Source: Octopus vulgaris (lineage: Eukaryota). From it: a stretch of DNA of 64,000 nucleotides. A program made the translations under genes and the position numbers. Positions 30,100 through 46,449 of the stretch are shown in pieces (positions within the stretch are counted from its first letter, which is position 1; every line of letters begins with the position of its first letter). The stretch is taken from the NCBI GenBank assembly GCA_951406725.2, contig OX597829.1, forward strand, positions 55,738,001 through 55,802,000, written 5' to 3'. The notes under the pieces were generated by a model. The model was not told where the DNA came from, searched no databases, and saw only the letters and a program-made list of their open reading frames with translations.

Positions 30100-32500
30100 T
30101 TTCTTCAGTATTCCTTGTTTCTAAAGGTGTGAATATCTGGTGGTTCTGACATGTCTTTGATGTGTACAACAGGACAATCCTTCCTGCGGACACTACTGTG
30201 TATAGTCTTTGCAACTATATCATGCCTCAGGGACAGGTAGTATCTCGTAGACATTTTGGAGCAGCTGATGATGATGTGTGTGATATCTTTCACACTGGTG
30301 TAGCAGAATCGACATTTTTTATCGCAATGTGGAGGTTTGGTAGTATCTTTGTCCCTCTTATTTGACAGGTATTTAATAGCTATCTCCTCTTCCTGGATAA
30401 TGAATGCATATACTTCTAAGTGAAGTGTAATGTATCTATGGCAGGTTCAGGAGGGGCTACTCTTCCTGTCAATACTGTTGTTATCTTATAGCTTTCAGGA
30501 TATGTACCCATGCAATTCTTCTCCAAACACCTATTTAGGTAGGTCCGTCAGCTTCCTTTGGGTCACATGAGACAATTGTATTCTCAAAAATCCTGCTCAG
30601 TAGTTCTTCTCCAACTCTGAAGATTTTGTTGCTCTCACTCTTGAGTATGCATTTAATGTGCTCGTTTCTTTCTTTATTGCATTGTCTGAGTGAAATACAA
30701 TGCGATGTTCAAAGGCCTTTTGGACTGACCTTACGTCTGTACCGCCATCACTTCGTCTCACATAGATCCTATCGGTGTTAATATAGCTGTGGAAGTTGTC
30801 AGTAGTGGCCAGTTCCTTTCTAGCTTTGATGTCCAAGCTGCGGAGAGGTCAGGTGTCCAGTCCTATATCCCAAATGTTGGTACTAGCACTGGCACTACAA
30901 AAGCATTGTGAGAAATGGTCAAGTTAAATGGAGAGAGCTCTGAGTTCCATATTTTCTGGAATCTACAGAAGTACTCTTTTGTTATTCTGGCTAGAGTCAC
31001 AGCACCAATATATGCAACATTCTCATAAATTCTGGAGTACTTGTAGCTTTCATTATTAGAGAAAAGAGAGATAGACAAGCCGTTCATGTTTATGTTCTCA
31101 ACAATCTTTCCTCAGTTAACTGACATTTATCTTGACCAATCTCCATTCTTATACCTCATGAGAATGTTGTGACTAGTTCTGATTGTCTCCCTGTGTTGGT
31201 CATATTCCCAGAATAAAACTCTAGGTTATCAACTGAAAATGTGTGGCTGACATTAATTTTTTCTTTTCTGCGCATCCCAGCATGAAACCTTAGCATTTAG
31301 TTAACAGGGTTGACAAATAATCCACCACCAGTACAAACAGCATTTCATATAGATTATTACCCTGGAATATGCCTGTTGATAGCTTAATTCTGTTAGTAGC
31401 AATAGGTGTTTCTTTAGTAGTTGTCAGTGATAACTGTGTGGACCATGTTACAGTCAGTCTCTCAATGGCATTTACTTTAGAAGCTGGTACTTTGGCAAAG
31501 TGTAATGTTTCTATCACCCATGAGTGAGGTACAGAGTCGAACGCCTTCTTGTAGTTTAGCCATATCGTTAGGAGATTACAGCGATGTTGCTTAGCTTCCT
31601 TAAGAATAGCTTTGTTGAGGAGGAGGAGGAGGAGGAGGAGGAGGAGCTGTACAGCTCCAGACTCCTTTCCTTTTTCTACCTGTTTATTGTCACATCGTTT
31701 GTTTGGCAGTTGTCTTGGAGAAACACATTCAAACAACCTGTATACAGTTTGTACACTACATTCAAGCATACTAAGGGCCTGAAGTTTTTTTTTTTAACAC
31801 GTAACTTTCTTTGTTCTTGGAAATAAATGTAGTCCGCGCAACCGTCAACCAATCTAATATATCTTGCTCGGCGTCCATTGTCTTTTTTAAAACAAGGTCA
31901 TGAGAATTTCCATGTAGAACATATAGTTTTTGTATCAATAGGTGATTATCCATTCGGTAGTTTCATAATAACCGTCAGAAGTCTTTCACTGGTGAAGTTA
32001 TATGTCTTGAGAATGACCTTTGCACAATACTCACTTCGTAGTTCATTTAACCATGCTGCATTGCGGTTATATTCTTTGTTTATATTCCAAACACCCCGTC
32101 GGAATCACTTTAGGTCTTTCTGTGAAGGATTATTTACTACCTTGATGGTATCACCTTTCATTTTGTGATATACAGTTTGTGGGTTTCGGGCAAACATGCA
32201 CATTATCGTTTTACGTTCATGTAATATTTACGATAACAAAGTTTTTTAGTTACCTCTCGTTGATTTTATTTAAGGGCGACCAATTTGCTTGAAAATATTT
32301 CTTGGTGGCAATTCCCATACAATTTGAAGGATCTATCATGCAGCTGTAGCTAGTGGTTCATTGGTTCATGAATTAAATTTTAATTTTGTATTTGATGATA
32401 GTGTCCAACTCTCCAATCTTTCTCCTGAGTCCATTGACGTTGTTTTGGAGATGGTTAATTCATTGTGGCTGAATTGGTCTCTTTTACTTTCATCTGTTAT
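30100..32500 (-). mobile_element. Decayed RLE-type non-LTR retrotransposon (R4/Dong-like), RT to CCHC region
   Basis: Fragments WLNYKKAFDSVPHSW, GIFQGNNL, ESYKY, HNAFVVPVL, DRIYVRRSDGG, IIQEEEIAIKY, CRFC...ITHIIISC...RHDIVAK. Many stops and frameshifts. Confidence 0.82.
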
Positions 32501-33231
32501 CGTACAATTAATCAGGACAATATAATAGGACACTCAATGACCAAAAGATGAGAGTTTAAATTTGAGCTAGTTGCTCTCACGCAATTTTGTCGTTCGCAGA
32601 TAACATCAAGTCGTTGTATTTTCTCTCAATTTGTGGCGGGATCGTTCTTTCATGCAGCGTCTCATATATAGTGAAGTTATATGTGCGTCTGTGTGTGTTT
32701 GTGTGAGTGTGGGAGACATATATGAGGGGGGGTATGCATGTATATCTTCATGAAAAGTTGTCTTAACCTTGATCAGTTTACGGAACTGATACAAGCGGAT
32801 ATGAGCTTTAAAATATAAATCTCGAATTATAAGTTGCCTCGGAAAATTCGTCAAAACTTTGAAGTTTGGCGAAATTCGGGAAGTTTTCAAGTATGGAGAT
32901 GAAAGTGTTTTTCCAAATTGTGAATAACTGTTCGGTTAATGGCCTCTGTTTCAATTTCAGTTGCCAGCAGTGAGAGTCTTTTCAACAGCTTGGAAACTCC
33001 ATTTTACTATATCACTCCATTTTAATATACTACTCTACTTTGATCGGGGGAAAACTAAAAACAAATTTGATGGTATTATTGTGTTTTCATTGTCGAAATT
33101 AAGAAAAGAAAAGATTTAAAATAAATCTCGAATTAAAAGTAGCCAAAATAAAAATGAAAAATAGCTGTAAAAGGATGTAATTAGAATGATTTCATTTTCA
33201 TAATATTTATCTTTTCTTCTTTTATCTATTA

Positions 33232-33631
33232 TATACTTGTTTCAGTCATTAGACTGCGGCCATGCTAGAGCACCGCCTTGAAGGGTTTACTCGAGCAAAT
33301 CGACCTAGTTCTAATTTTATTTAAAGGCTGGTATTTATTCTATTGATATCTACTGCCGAACCACTAAATTACAAGGACGTAAACAAACCAACACCGATTG
33401 TCAGGCGGTAACGGGAAATACTAAGATATACACACACTCACACACACAAAGATACACCCAAACACAGACACACAAACACACACACATATATATACGACGG
33501 CCTTCTTTCAGTTTCTGTCATTCAAATCCATTGACGAAGCTTTAGTCGGCCCAAGGCTATAGTAGAAGACACTTGCCCAAGGTGCCACGCAGTGGGACTG
33601 AACCCAGAACCATGTGGCTAAGAAGCAAACT
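33232..33631 (-). mobile_element. SINE family A, near-full copy
   Basis: Reverse-complement head, central (CA)n-like tract and tail. Confidence 0.82.
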
Positions 33632-35008
33632 TAAATTTCTTTTACTTATAAATGTATTAATAATTGTTTTACTTATATTTCATGTTCAATTGTCATAAAA
33701 TAAACTCTCACTTAAAAAGTATGAGTTATTCCTAGAAAGTTTGAATGCCACAGCAGAATTTAAAGAATACTGGCTTTATGAGCGCCGAATATTGATGTAC
33801 ATAAGACCACTAGGTTTATCTGTGTGTACACAGCGCTGGATGGTGTACATAGATATAAATACAAAGATATATTTGAATAGTTGCATGAACCTCAAACACG
33901 CTGTATTTCCTGATTACTCAGCACAATATTACCAGAATTTAATTTCAAACATTTACCATAAAGCAATATAAATCAAATCTTAAGTATTATCGACATTAAA
34001 TTTGAGTGCTTTTTATGGTTCAATTTATTTTATATGAAAATTACATTTACTTCTTTATCACAATACTTCAAGTAAGCAAGAACACTATTCTCTTTCACTC
34101 GTCTCTCATAGACACACACATTTACATATATGTATGTGTGTGTGTGTGTGTAGGCAGAAATAAATATATAGATTAAAGGACAGACACTCATATATAGATA
34201 CTCTATGCCTGTTTAACTCATTAGTCAAATACAATTATACCAGTATGTCTAAACATACATATGTGTACGAAAGTAAACTATGAAAAGTACTTATAGCCTT
34301 ATACCTTATAGTATATTCCTTCAGGTATGTGCTCTAAATATGTTCAAATATATGCATACTTAAGTTGTATATACCCTATTTTGATACATAAATATATGAT
34401 GATGTATACATACATACATTTGTGCATAAATACATAAAATAAACTGTCATGGATGCCAGATGCTTCTTTGACGTGAATGTGGTGAGGAAAATGTCGGAGC
34501 AAAACAATAGCATAATGGACCATTAGTGGGTTTTATACCTATCGTTATTGGATCAACGACGTACGTACAAATGCACCTCGATCACTACTATTGCTGAAGT
34601 TGGAGCCATCTTTTCAGCGGGGAGGTGAGTTAGAACCCATGAATCGTTATAAAGGCCTCGTGAGTGGTAGGAGGAGGGAGAAGAGAGTGCGGAGTGTTGC
34701 CATTCAGTCCCACGTTTTAACAGTTCCACCTCGAATGGATACATTTTGATCCCTTGGAGGACTGGAGGACAAAGTTGATCTCAGCAGTGTTTGAAGTCTG
34801 GGCGCATTCAGTCGGAACAAATTAAGTGAAGAAATTATGCGAAGGTTTTTGATGGTCCCTTCTAATGCATCACCTACAGAAATAACGAAACCTTTTGAAC
34901 TCATACTCTACAAACATACGGCAGAGTTCTGCAAGATCTTGAATTTTACATATAAATAATTGGGCAAAAGTTGACGAAAGAAGTCGTTTTTATAATAGGC
35001 GTCTATTA

Positions 35009-35592
35009 TCTCTCTCTATATATAAAGCTGAAGTTGTCTGTGTGTGGCAGGTTTGGTAGCCTTCAACTAACACTATCTCCTCCGAGACCCTGTGGCGCAA
35101 GTTGACCAAAATTGAGAGTATGATAGAAGAAAGCTTGCTCTTCCTTCCGTAGAAAAAAATTCAAATCGGACCATGTTAACACCAAAAATTATTTACATCA
35201 AAAAGGTGCTTTATTTCTATGAAAAACCCTTATTTTTTACGATTTTTTGACTGCTGTGTCACCATTTTTCGGTGTATTTCAACCAGAAAAATGTTCACTT
35301 AAAGAGAATAACAAACTACATAATGCAAAATTTTTACTTCCGTAGAAGAAAAAATTCAAATCGGACCATGTTAATACCAAAAATTATTTACATAAAAAAG
35401 GTGTTTGTTTTCTATGAAAATCCCTATTTTTTACGATTTTTTGACTGCTGTGTCACCATTTTTCGGTGTATTTCAACCAGAAAAATGTTCACTTAAAGAG
35501 ACTAAGCTACATAATGCAAAATTTTTACTTTTCAAAAATTCCAATTCTATAGGGTCGAAATAAACCCGAGCAACGCCGGGCGATACTGCTAG
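35009..35592 (+). mobile_element. Non-autonomous Helitron with an internal ~193-bp tandem duplication
   Basis: A|TC 5' end (TCTCTCTCTATATATAAAG), subterminal hairpin CCCGAGCAACGCCGGG (35565-35580), CTAG|T 3' end, no TSD. Units at 35144-35336 and 35337-35530. Confidence 0.85.
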
Positions 35593-35627
35593 TAAGATTT
35601 AAAATTCAAGTCAGCGAGAGAAGAATG

Positions 35628-36412
35628 TACATACATACATACAAACATACATACATACATACATACATACATACATACATACATACATACATACATACAT
35701 ACATACATACATACACACATACATACACACATACATACATACATACATACATACATACATACATACATACATACATACATACATACATACATACATACAT
35801 ACATACATACATACATACATACATACATACATACATACATACATACACACATACATACATACATACATACAAACATACATACAAACATACATACATACAA
35901 ACATACATACAAACATACATACATACATACATACATACATACATACATACATACATACATACATACATACATACATACATACATACATACATACATACAT
36001 ACATACATACATACATACATACATACATACATACATACATACATACATACATACATACATACACACATACATACATACATACATACAAACATACATACAT
36101 ACATACACACATACATACATACATACATACATACATACATACATACATACATACACACATACATACATACATACATACAAACATACATACAAACATACAT
36201 ACATACATACATACATACACACATACATACATACATACATACAAACATACATACATACATACATACATACATACATACATACATACATACATACATACAT
36301 ACATACTTACATACATACTTACATACATACACACACACACATACATACATACACACACATACATACATACATACATACATACATACATACTTACACAGAC
36401 ACATACATACAT

Positions 36413-36443
<31 letters not shown>

Positions 36444-36920
36444 TACATACATACATACACACACATACATACATACATACATACATACACACATACATAC
36501 ATACATACATACAAACATACATACATAAATACATACATACATACACACACATACATACATACATACATACACACACACATACATACATACATAACACATA
36601 CATACATACATACATACACACACATACATACATACATACATACACACACATACATACATACATACATACATACATACATACATACACACACATACATACA
36701 TACATACATACACACACACATACATACATACATAACACATACATACATACATACATACACACACATACATACATACATACATACACACACACATACATAC
36801 ATACATACGTACGTACGTACATACATACACACACATACATACATACATACATACACACACATACATACATACATACATTCATACATGCATCCATACAAAA
36901 ATACATACATACATACATGT
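35628..36920. repeat. (TACA)n array with CAAA/CACA variants
   Basis: Direct reading. Confidence 0.95.
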
Positions 36921-37374
36921 GTATACATGTAGGTTTGTATACATGGGTATGTATGTATATCTATATTTATGTATATGTGTAGGTACATGGATATATATAT
37001 ATATACACATACACACACACACACATATATATATATGTATGCATATATGTGTATGTACGGATATATGTGTATGTATATATGCATTGGTGTATGTATTTAT
37101 GTATGCATGTGTGTATGTATATATGTATGTATCTATGTGTGTGTATGTATACATGTATGTATATGGGTATATGCATGCATGTATGTATAGCTATGACCAT
37201 GTATGCATGTGTGTATATATATATAAAGTATATATATGTATGTGTTTTAACCTTACCTGTAAAATTATATACAGTTTGGAATTACCTTGTCCAATCTTTA
37301 ATTTTATTACTACTGACGTGTGTGCGAATATATGTCCAGGTCTATATATACGCGCATATATATACATACATACA

Positions 37375-37435
<61 letters not shown>

Positions 37436-37473
37436 GAAAGAAGGTTTGAAAATGCAATTTAAAAGATGTTTAT

Positions 37474-37518
37474 TTACCTTACCGGTTTCACTCTTTGGAA
37501 AAAGAGTGTCAAAAGTAA
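37474..37518 (-). ncRNA. Near-intact minimal hammerhead (U3-A8 type, core shortened by 2 nt) in a PLE 3'-end relic beside (TA)n
   Basis: Minus strand TTACTT-TTGAC-ACTCTTT TTCC AAAGAGT-GAAA-CCGG-TA-AGGTAA. Same GAAACCGGTA stem III as the PLE ribozyme. Confidence 0.6.
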
Positions 37519-37842
37519 CATGTAGAAGTTTGGTTGCGTTAATTATTGGTTGTTACAAATTGCTACATTGCATATATACAGTCTTTGGTAACAGGGACAT
37601 GTTAAGGACATAAAAAAGTTCAACAAGTATATTCAAACATGCACAGAATATTGGTTGACACAATCCATATAAATATACAGTCTTTGGTGACAAGAGCATG
37701 TTGTTTATGTTTGAATTCATAAAAGTTAACTCACTATGTATATACGTACATGTGTGTGTGTATGTATGTATGTATGTATGTATGTCTATGCATATGTATG
37801 TATATACTTATATCTATAATTACTATGTTGTTGTTGTTGTTG

Positions 37843-38438
<596 letters not shown>

Positions 38439-38669
38439 ATCCACTGCCAAGTACTGCATCAGGACATTCACTATTCTTGTTGTTGGTGTTGTTGTTGTTG
38501 TTGTTGTTGTTGTTGCTGTTGTTTCTATATCGTCACCTGCTTAACTGATCAAGTGCTATAGTACTTGTTGAATGTCATACCATATAATATAAATAAACAC
38601 ATATGTATATGCATATTTATATATGCATATATACATTATATATATGTATATATATATGTGTGTGTGTTT

Positions 38670-38732
<63 letters not shown>

Positions 38733-39211
38733 ATATATATACACAAGCACACACACATATTTATACATATATATATAAATATATATATATATAAAATACA
38801 TGCATAATACATACATACGTACGTATGTATGTATTATGCATGTATAACAAAATATACCTTTAAGTAATCAATCACGAAAATATTAAAACCAAACTGAAAT
38901 GCAAACACAACACTATTGCAATTAAGTAATGAGTAAAATATTAAGCGTTGAATTCATACTTCAAACGTAAGAAAAAGAAAAAAAAAAAAAGGTATGAATA
39001 TTTTTTAAAAAATACTTATCTACCAGGCCATCATGAAAGCTTATAATTAGAGCAACAACAAAAATAAGTACATAAGTGTTTTACTTATTGAAGGATTGAT
39101 TATCTTAATAAATTAATTTGATGTTTAAAATATTAAGTTAAGCCTTAATTACATTTTCCAGTTTGCATGACAAAAGACTTTATGCTACTTACGCACCCCA
39201 ACAAATCATAT

Positions 39212-39257
<46 letters not shown>

Positions 39258-39531
39258 GTATGTGTGTGCGCCTGCTCGTGTGTGTGCGTGCACATGTATG
39301 TGCGCGTCTGAGAAAGAGCGAGTAAGAGAGAGTGTGGTAAAGAAGAGGGGAGAGAAGGAGAGAGAGAGAGCGACAAAAAGAGTGAAAGTACGTGTGTATA
39401 TGAGAGATTACATTATAATTACTATTTTCAAAGTCTTTGTCTTTGTTTCCTAATATATTATATGGCTCAAAAGCCTTTGAAAGATCATTTGACAAGAATT
39501 AGGCTTTGTGAGCATGCTTGTGTGTGTGTGT

Positions 39532-39573
<42 letters not shown>

Positions 39574-39768
39574 TGTGCGCGTGAGTGTGTGTATCAATAT
39601 ATGCATATATGTAAAATGAGATCAGAGACAGAAATTGGAGTTAACGAAATTCTTTATTTAAATCTATTTAAATTGTTTCGACTTATCCCCCCCCTCTATC
39701 TCTATTTATCTATCTATTAGCTGTCTGACTGTCTGTCTGCCTGTCTGTCTGTCCATCCGTCTGTCTGT

Positions 39769-39820
<52 letters not shown>

Positions 39821-39938
39821 TTATCTATCTATTTATTGTCTGTCTGTCTGTCTGTCTGCCTGTCTGTATGTCTGTCTGCCGGCCTGCCTGTTTGTCTATC
39901 TATCTATCTATCTATCTATTTATCTATCTATTTATTGA

Positions 39939-39983
<45 letters not shown>

Positions 39984-40077
39984 TTATTGATTTTTCTCTC
40001 TCTCTCTCTCTCTATCTATCTATTAGCTGTCTGACTGTCTACCTTCTTTATTTATCTAATAATAACTATTTTTTATG

Positions 40078-41003
<926 letters not shown>

Positions 41004-41004
41004 G

Positions 41005-41680
41005 CTGAAAAGGAGTACCTCATAAGACATGACACACTAGGGTAGTACATCCACTGGAATGCTTGTAAATACTACGAAATAAAATCCCATGATAAGTGGC
41101 ACAGGCACCATTCAGAGGATGTAGTGAATAGTGAGAGCATCACTATCCTTTGGAACTTCCCAATAAAAACAGAGAGAAAATTGACTGCAATCGACCAGAC
41201 ATTGTGATCAAGGACAACAACAGAGGAACTTGTCTGTTAATAAATGTTTGTCCAACAAGATCAAAATGTCTCAAGAAAAGAATACGAAAAGCTTTCTCAC
41301 TATAAAGATCTGCAAATTGAAATCACAAAAATGTGGAAGTTTAGTACTATACGAGTAGTAATTGGTGCGTTGGGAATGATATGGAAGGGAGCTGGGAAGT
41401 ATATTAAGCAACTCCCTGGTAACTCTAATCTCTGTGAACTACAAAAGATAACCTTGATGGGTACAGACCATATAAGACGGAAAACACTCTCCATCTAAAA
41501 TGGAATTATATGTTGTGATAATTTTAGCATGCATAGCAAAACAAAAATGTCCTTGCTACTCTTGGCTTCCGGAGGATGCCCGGTACTTAGGCAGCTGAAA
41601 TAAAGTTACAATAATAATAATAATAATAATAATAATAAAGTTATAGTAATAATGATAATAATAATAATAATAATAATAAT
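41005..41680 (+). mobile_element. 3' end of an R4/Dong-like LINE (restriction-like endonuclease, 3' UTR, (AAT)n tail)
   Basis: EYLIRHDTLG*YIHWNACK, TILWNFPIKT, frameshifted NRPDIVIKD, KLSHYKDLQIEITKMWK...VVIGALG, ELQKITLMGT. (AAT)n from 41610. Confidence 0.85.
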
Positions 41681-42585
41681 TTCTTAAGGCAAGTGGAAAT
41701 CTCATGCAAAATTGATGTCTTGCAAAAAGCAACCTTGAGGTCCTTGCTATGACTTCACAGACGAGTAAAGTGCATTTTTACCTAAACTGTTACGAAAGAA
41801 CAACAACAATAACGACAAGAACGACAAGAACAACAACAATAATAATGGTTTCAAATTGTGGCAGCAGTTTTTGAGAGAGGAGGCAGTCGACCTCAGTATT
41901 TGACTGGTACTCATTTTTATCGACTCTGAAAGGCTGAAAGACCTCGGTGAATTTTGAATTCAAAATGTAATAATATTTACTTTGTTAGCTTCAAGGGTTC
42001 ATTCACATAAATAGTTAATACATGAAGACTACAAAAACAAAAAAAAAAACAAAAACGTATGGGCGAGGACCGTTACATAAAAATGAGGGACGGGTAAGTT
42101 ATTATGTTTATGTGTGACAGGTTGTTATCTTTCTTGTTAACTTTCTAATATGTGCTAAAATTTTGTTTTTCACAATAATTTGCCACATTGCCTAAGCAAA
42201 AGAGAAAAAAAAACAAACCCAAAGCGTTTATTAAAAAATGTAGAAAAATAAAAATAAGTAGTTTTTTTTAATCTCTATCTGTGATAAATCTGCGCGATGC
42301 AGGAAGACAAGTAAACACGTGATGCTGGCACAAGAAACAAGGAGTAAAACAGCAACAACAACAACAACAACGAAGTCGACGACGGTCACGATGACTCTGA
42401 CGACGACAATGATGACGATAAGGATCGATGAAACCGGAAGCTCAAGGCAGATGAAAATATTTAATCACATCGTTAATGACTCGGTAAGAGTTATTACCAA
42501 TGACTTAGAGAGCAAGAGGAAATATTTGGTTTATTTGGTCATTTAGCAATGACAAGATATAACCAAAAGAAGGAAATACGAACGC

Positions 42586-42637
<52 letters not shown>

Positions 42638-42681
42638 GTAGTAATAATAATAATTATAATAATTATAATAATTATAATAAT

Positions 42682-42717
<36 letters not shown>

Positions 42718-42744
42718 TATAATAATAACAACAACAACAACAAC

Positions 42745-42777
<33 letters not shown>

Positions 42778-42819
42778 TACAACAACAACAACAACAACAA
42801 TAATAATAATAATAACAAC

Positions 42820-42888
<69 letters not shown>
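42586..42888. repeat. (AAT)n/(AAC)n microsatellite
   Basis: Direct reading. Confidence 0.95.
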
Positions 42889-42889
<1 letters not shown>

Positions 42890-45531
42890 TACACGCATAT
42901 GTATATATGTGTACGCATATAGGTCAGCAGAGTTCAAACTGTAAAAGACCCACTTGGCTTTACTGTAAGGAACTTTGTCATTGTTTTATGATTTTCTTTT
43001 GGGAGCAACGTGATTTCTTTTATTTTCACCCAGGCTAATCCAATGCGATCAATGGTGCTCTAGAAGAAGCGGCAGCAATAACCACGGGATTCGCTTCTCT
43101 AGTTTTTATTGCACTTGCCACTACTGCTGTATGCTGATTTGTTTCCCTTCCCCCACATCTTCTTTTTGATGGAAATCCCTCAAGTAACCCTTTCAACAGG
43201 TTTTTCACGAATTGAGCATTCCATCCTGCACCACAAATTCTGATTTCTTTCCTTTCTCTAAACGAAGCACGCGCCAGAATAGCTTTGTGTCTCAAGAGTC
43301 ATCAGAAGCAAAATGTCTGTATAAATACCATTCGACTGACTGACATTATCTGTGAGTCACTGCCCCCCCCCGTGTGTGTCACTTACCAGTAGTGTGACAC
43401 GTATAATGACAAACTAAGCGCGTCAACATCACTGCCTGTAGCTTTGGTTGATCCCATTTTGGCGGCACGTTTGTGACGCACCAACTCTGCTTATCTCCTT
43501 GCTACTTCTGCCTTAAAAGTCAGGCATACCAATCCATAAGTCTACCTAGATCGATGGAACGCAGACCCAACTACACATCAACTAGTATTTCCTCCGAATT
43601 TTTCAATGGCATTGAAATTATGTCGGCTTTGGAAAACAAAACAAAACAAATAAACAAGTAAATGAATAAAAACAGAGGTGTATCCCTTTCTGCTCGAACT
43701 TTTCTGGGTGAATTTCTTCGACAATGGGGAACGTTCTTTTGTGATATACCTGTTCCACATTTGTTCATTCGTTTGGAATTGGTAGATGTCCAACATTTCT
43801 TATTGGCTTCCAACACGTACAAAGAACGAATCGCCGTTGTTTTTGTGGCTACTTTTGTTAATATCGTATCTGTTTGTACTTTTGTTTCTGAATTAATTGA
43901 ATGCTTATATTTATAACTGTGTTCGTTGGTTTCATTGTAATTTTTCTGGTATCCTTTTTAATTCATATTCCTGTTTTAATTTTCTTTCCGTGGAGCATTC
44001 GCTGATACAATCTTTGTATCTTGTACCTCTTCCTCTACCGCAAGAAGCGACCATATTGAACTACTAGCAAACGAACAAAAATGGAGGCTTACACCATTCA
44101 CATTTGATGCAATTGCAATCCCTTATTGCTACACAAACTAAACATTACATACACTAAATAATTACCCTCTAACACTGAAACGTATAAACACCAATTACTC
44201 CACACATACAGAACACAATCACTACCAAACAAACTAACACAACATGCAACAGAAGAAATACTAAAATAGTGCCAAAGACAACTAACCAGTCCATACAGCA
44301 AAACAGAATTGATGTCGCATATATAAACAGTGATCTACATCTTCAAAACTCAATTCTGTGCACATCTCAGGAACACAACGATGCAACAGTGGTGTAGTAG
44401 AAACTTGCATAAGAATGTTGAAAAACAAATTTCTTTTTCTCATAAGCACAATCCTTGGCTTAGAGAATGGTCGAATATATCAAACCTCAGTACTTCACTG
44501 GTATTTATTTTATCGATCTTGAGAAGATGAAAGACAACAGCGATTTCGGAAGGATATGAGATCTTTTGTAGTAAAAACATAAATACATTAATATAAATAT
44601 TAATAAAGTAAGCTTTGAAATAAGATGTATGTTCTTTATGCTCTGGCGTTTGAAATTTGAAACAAAAAATATTGATAAATAGCTAAACAAAATTCACTAT
44701 ACCAGAGTAAGTTTAAAATAGAATCGTGCTGTGAAATGGGGAGATAAGTTCCAAGTCTCGGCAGCGAGGATATCGATCAGGTTACAGTTTAGGAGTTTTT
44801 AAAAAATTTTTTCGTCAGATCTCACTTCCGTCACCGTGAGATAAATGAATTTATATTGAATTCATATATGTAGCTCTAGCTTTTATTTGATAAATACCCA
44901 TTAAATAAAACGAAATTAAAGCGTCCAGTAATAAGAAAAATAAACGAAAGAACACGAGGTGAGTATTTTATTATAAATGAATTATATCGAAGGAACACAT
45001 ACGAATCTCAGATTACAATCTCTGATTAGCTGCATACAACTTTCAAAATAAAATAAAAACTATATAAATAATAAATAAAAATACTATAAATTACTTACGT
45101 AAATTGTGTGAACATATGTTTGATATCGTCAACACCAGTAATGAAATATCACGAAACCTTAAAAAGAAAAACAAAACAGTCCGAACAAGTCAAAAAAATA
45201 TTAGAAAGAAAAACAGATCAAAGAAATACTGTTTTTATATAAAGCTCTGAAGACAGAGAAACGGAGACAGCATCTGATTAAAAACTCGCCCATGAATATC
45301 ACTGTATCTTATGGAAAAACAACAACAAAACAAAAGAAGAAAAAAAAAACAAGTTGTTTGCAGTAGTTTACTGTCAACGACCATTTCTATGCAGATAAAT
45401 TTGTGTACTAATAAACAAAACGATATGAAGATAGATATTTGTTTTCGTTTTTGGACCAAGAACTATAACGATCTGTGTGTGTGTGTGTGTGTGCGCATGT
45501 ATATGTATATAAATACACGCACACACATATA

Positions 45532-45567
<36 letters not shown>

Positions 45568-45641
45568 TGTATGTATGTATGTATGTATGTATGTATGTAT
45601 GTATGTATGTATGTATGAATGTATGTATGAATGTATGTATG

Positions 45642-45693
<52 letters not shown>

Positions 45694-45707
45694 TACATAT
45701 AAAAGTA

Positions 45708-45767
<60 letters not shown>

Positions 45768-45904
45768 TATATATATATATTATAACACCGCAAAGCATCT
45801 TGTACATTCTAACCTTTCTGTCAATCCATACGCGCACGCACGCACACACTAGAGAGAAACGCACATACACGCACATATAAGTATATATGTATATGTTATA
45901 TGTG

Positions 45905-45994
<90 letters not shown>

Positions 45995-46014
45995 TATAAA
46001 TATATATATACATA

Positions 46015-46076
<62 letters not shown>

Positions 46077-46150
46077 CACATATGTATAGATACACATACA
46101 TATATATATACATCTACACACACACATATATATGTATACCCAAAGCACAT

Positions 46151-46181
<31 letters not shown>

Positions 46182-46449
46182 AGTCGATGTGTTCCTTGTT
46201 GATGCAAATTTCGGAGGACATGTTGTCAGTGGCAAAGTAATCACCTCTCTTTACAACATCGATGTGATTGCAAAGAAAATGAGCAGATTTAGCAAAATAG
46301 GAAGTGGGGAAAGTAAAAGCCCGCTACTTTAGCAAATGCTTGGTAGGTTTGAATCAAGTAGGTTTGAATCAATTATAATTTACGCTGCTGTCCTGTACTG
46401 TAATGTCAGTATTATCTGCATTTACCCGAGACAAATCGACTGCCCACCT

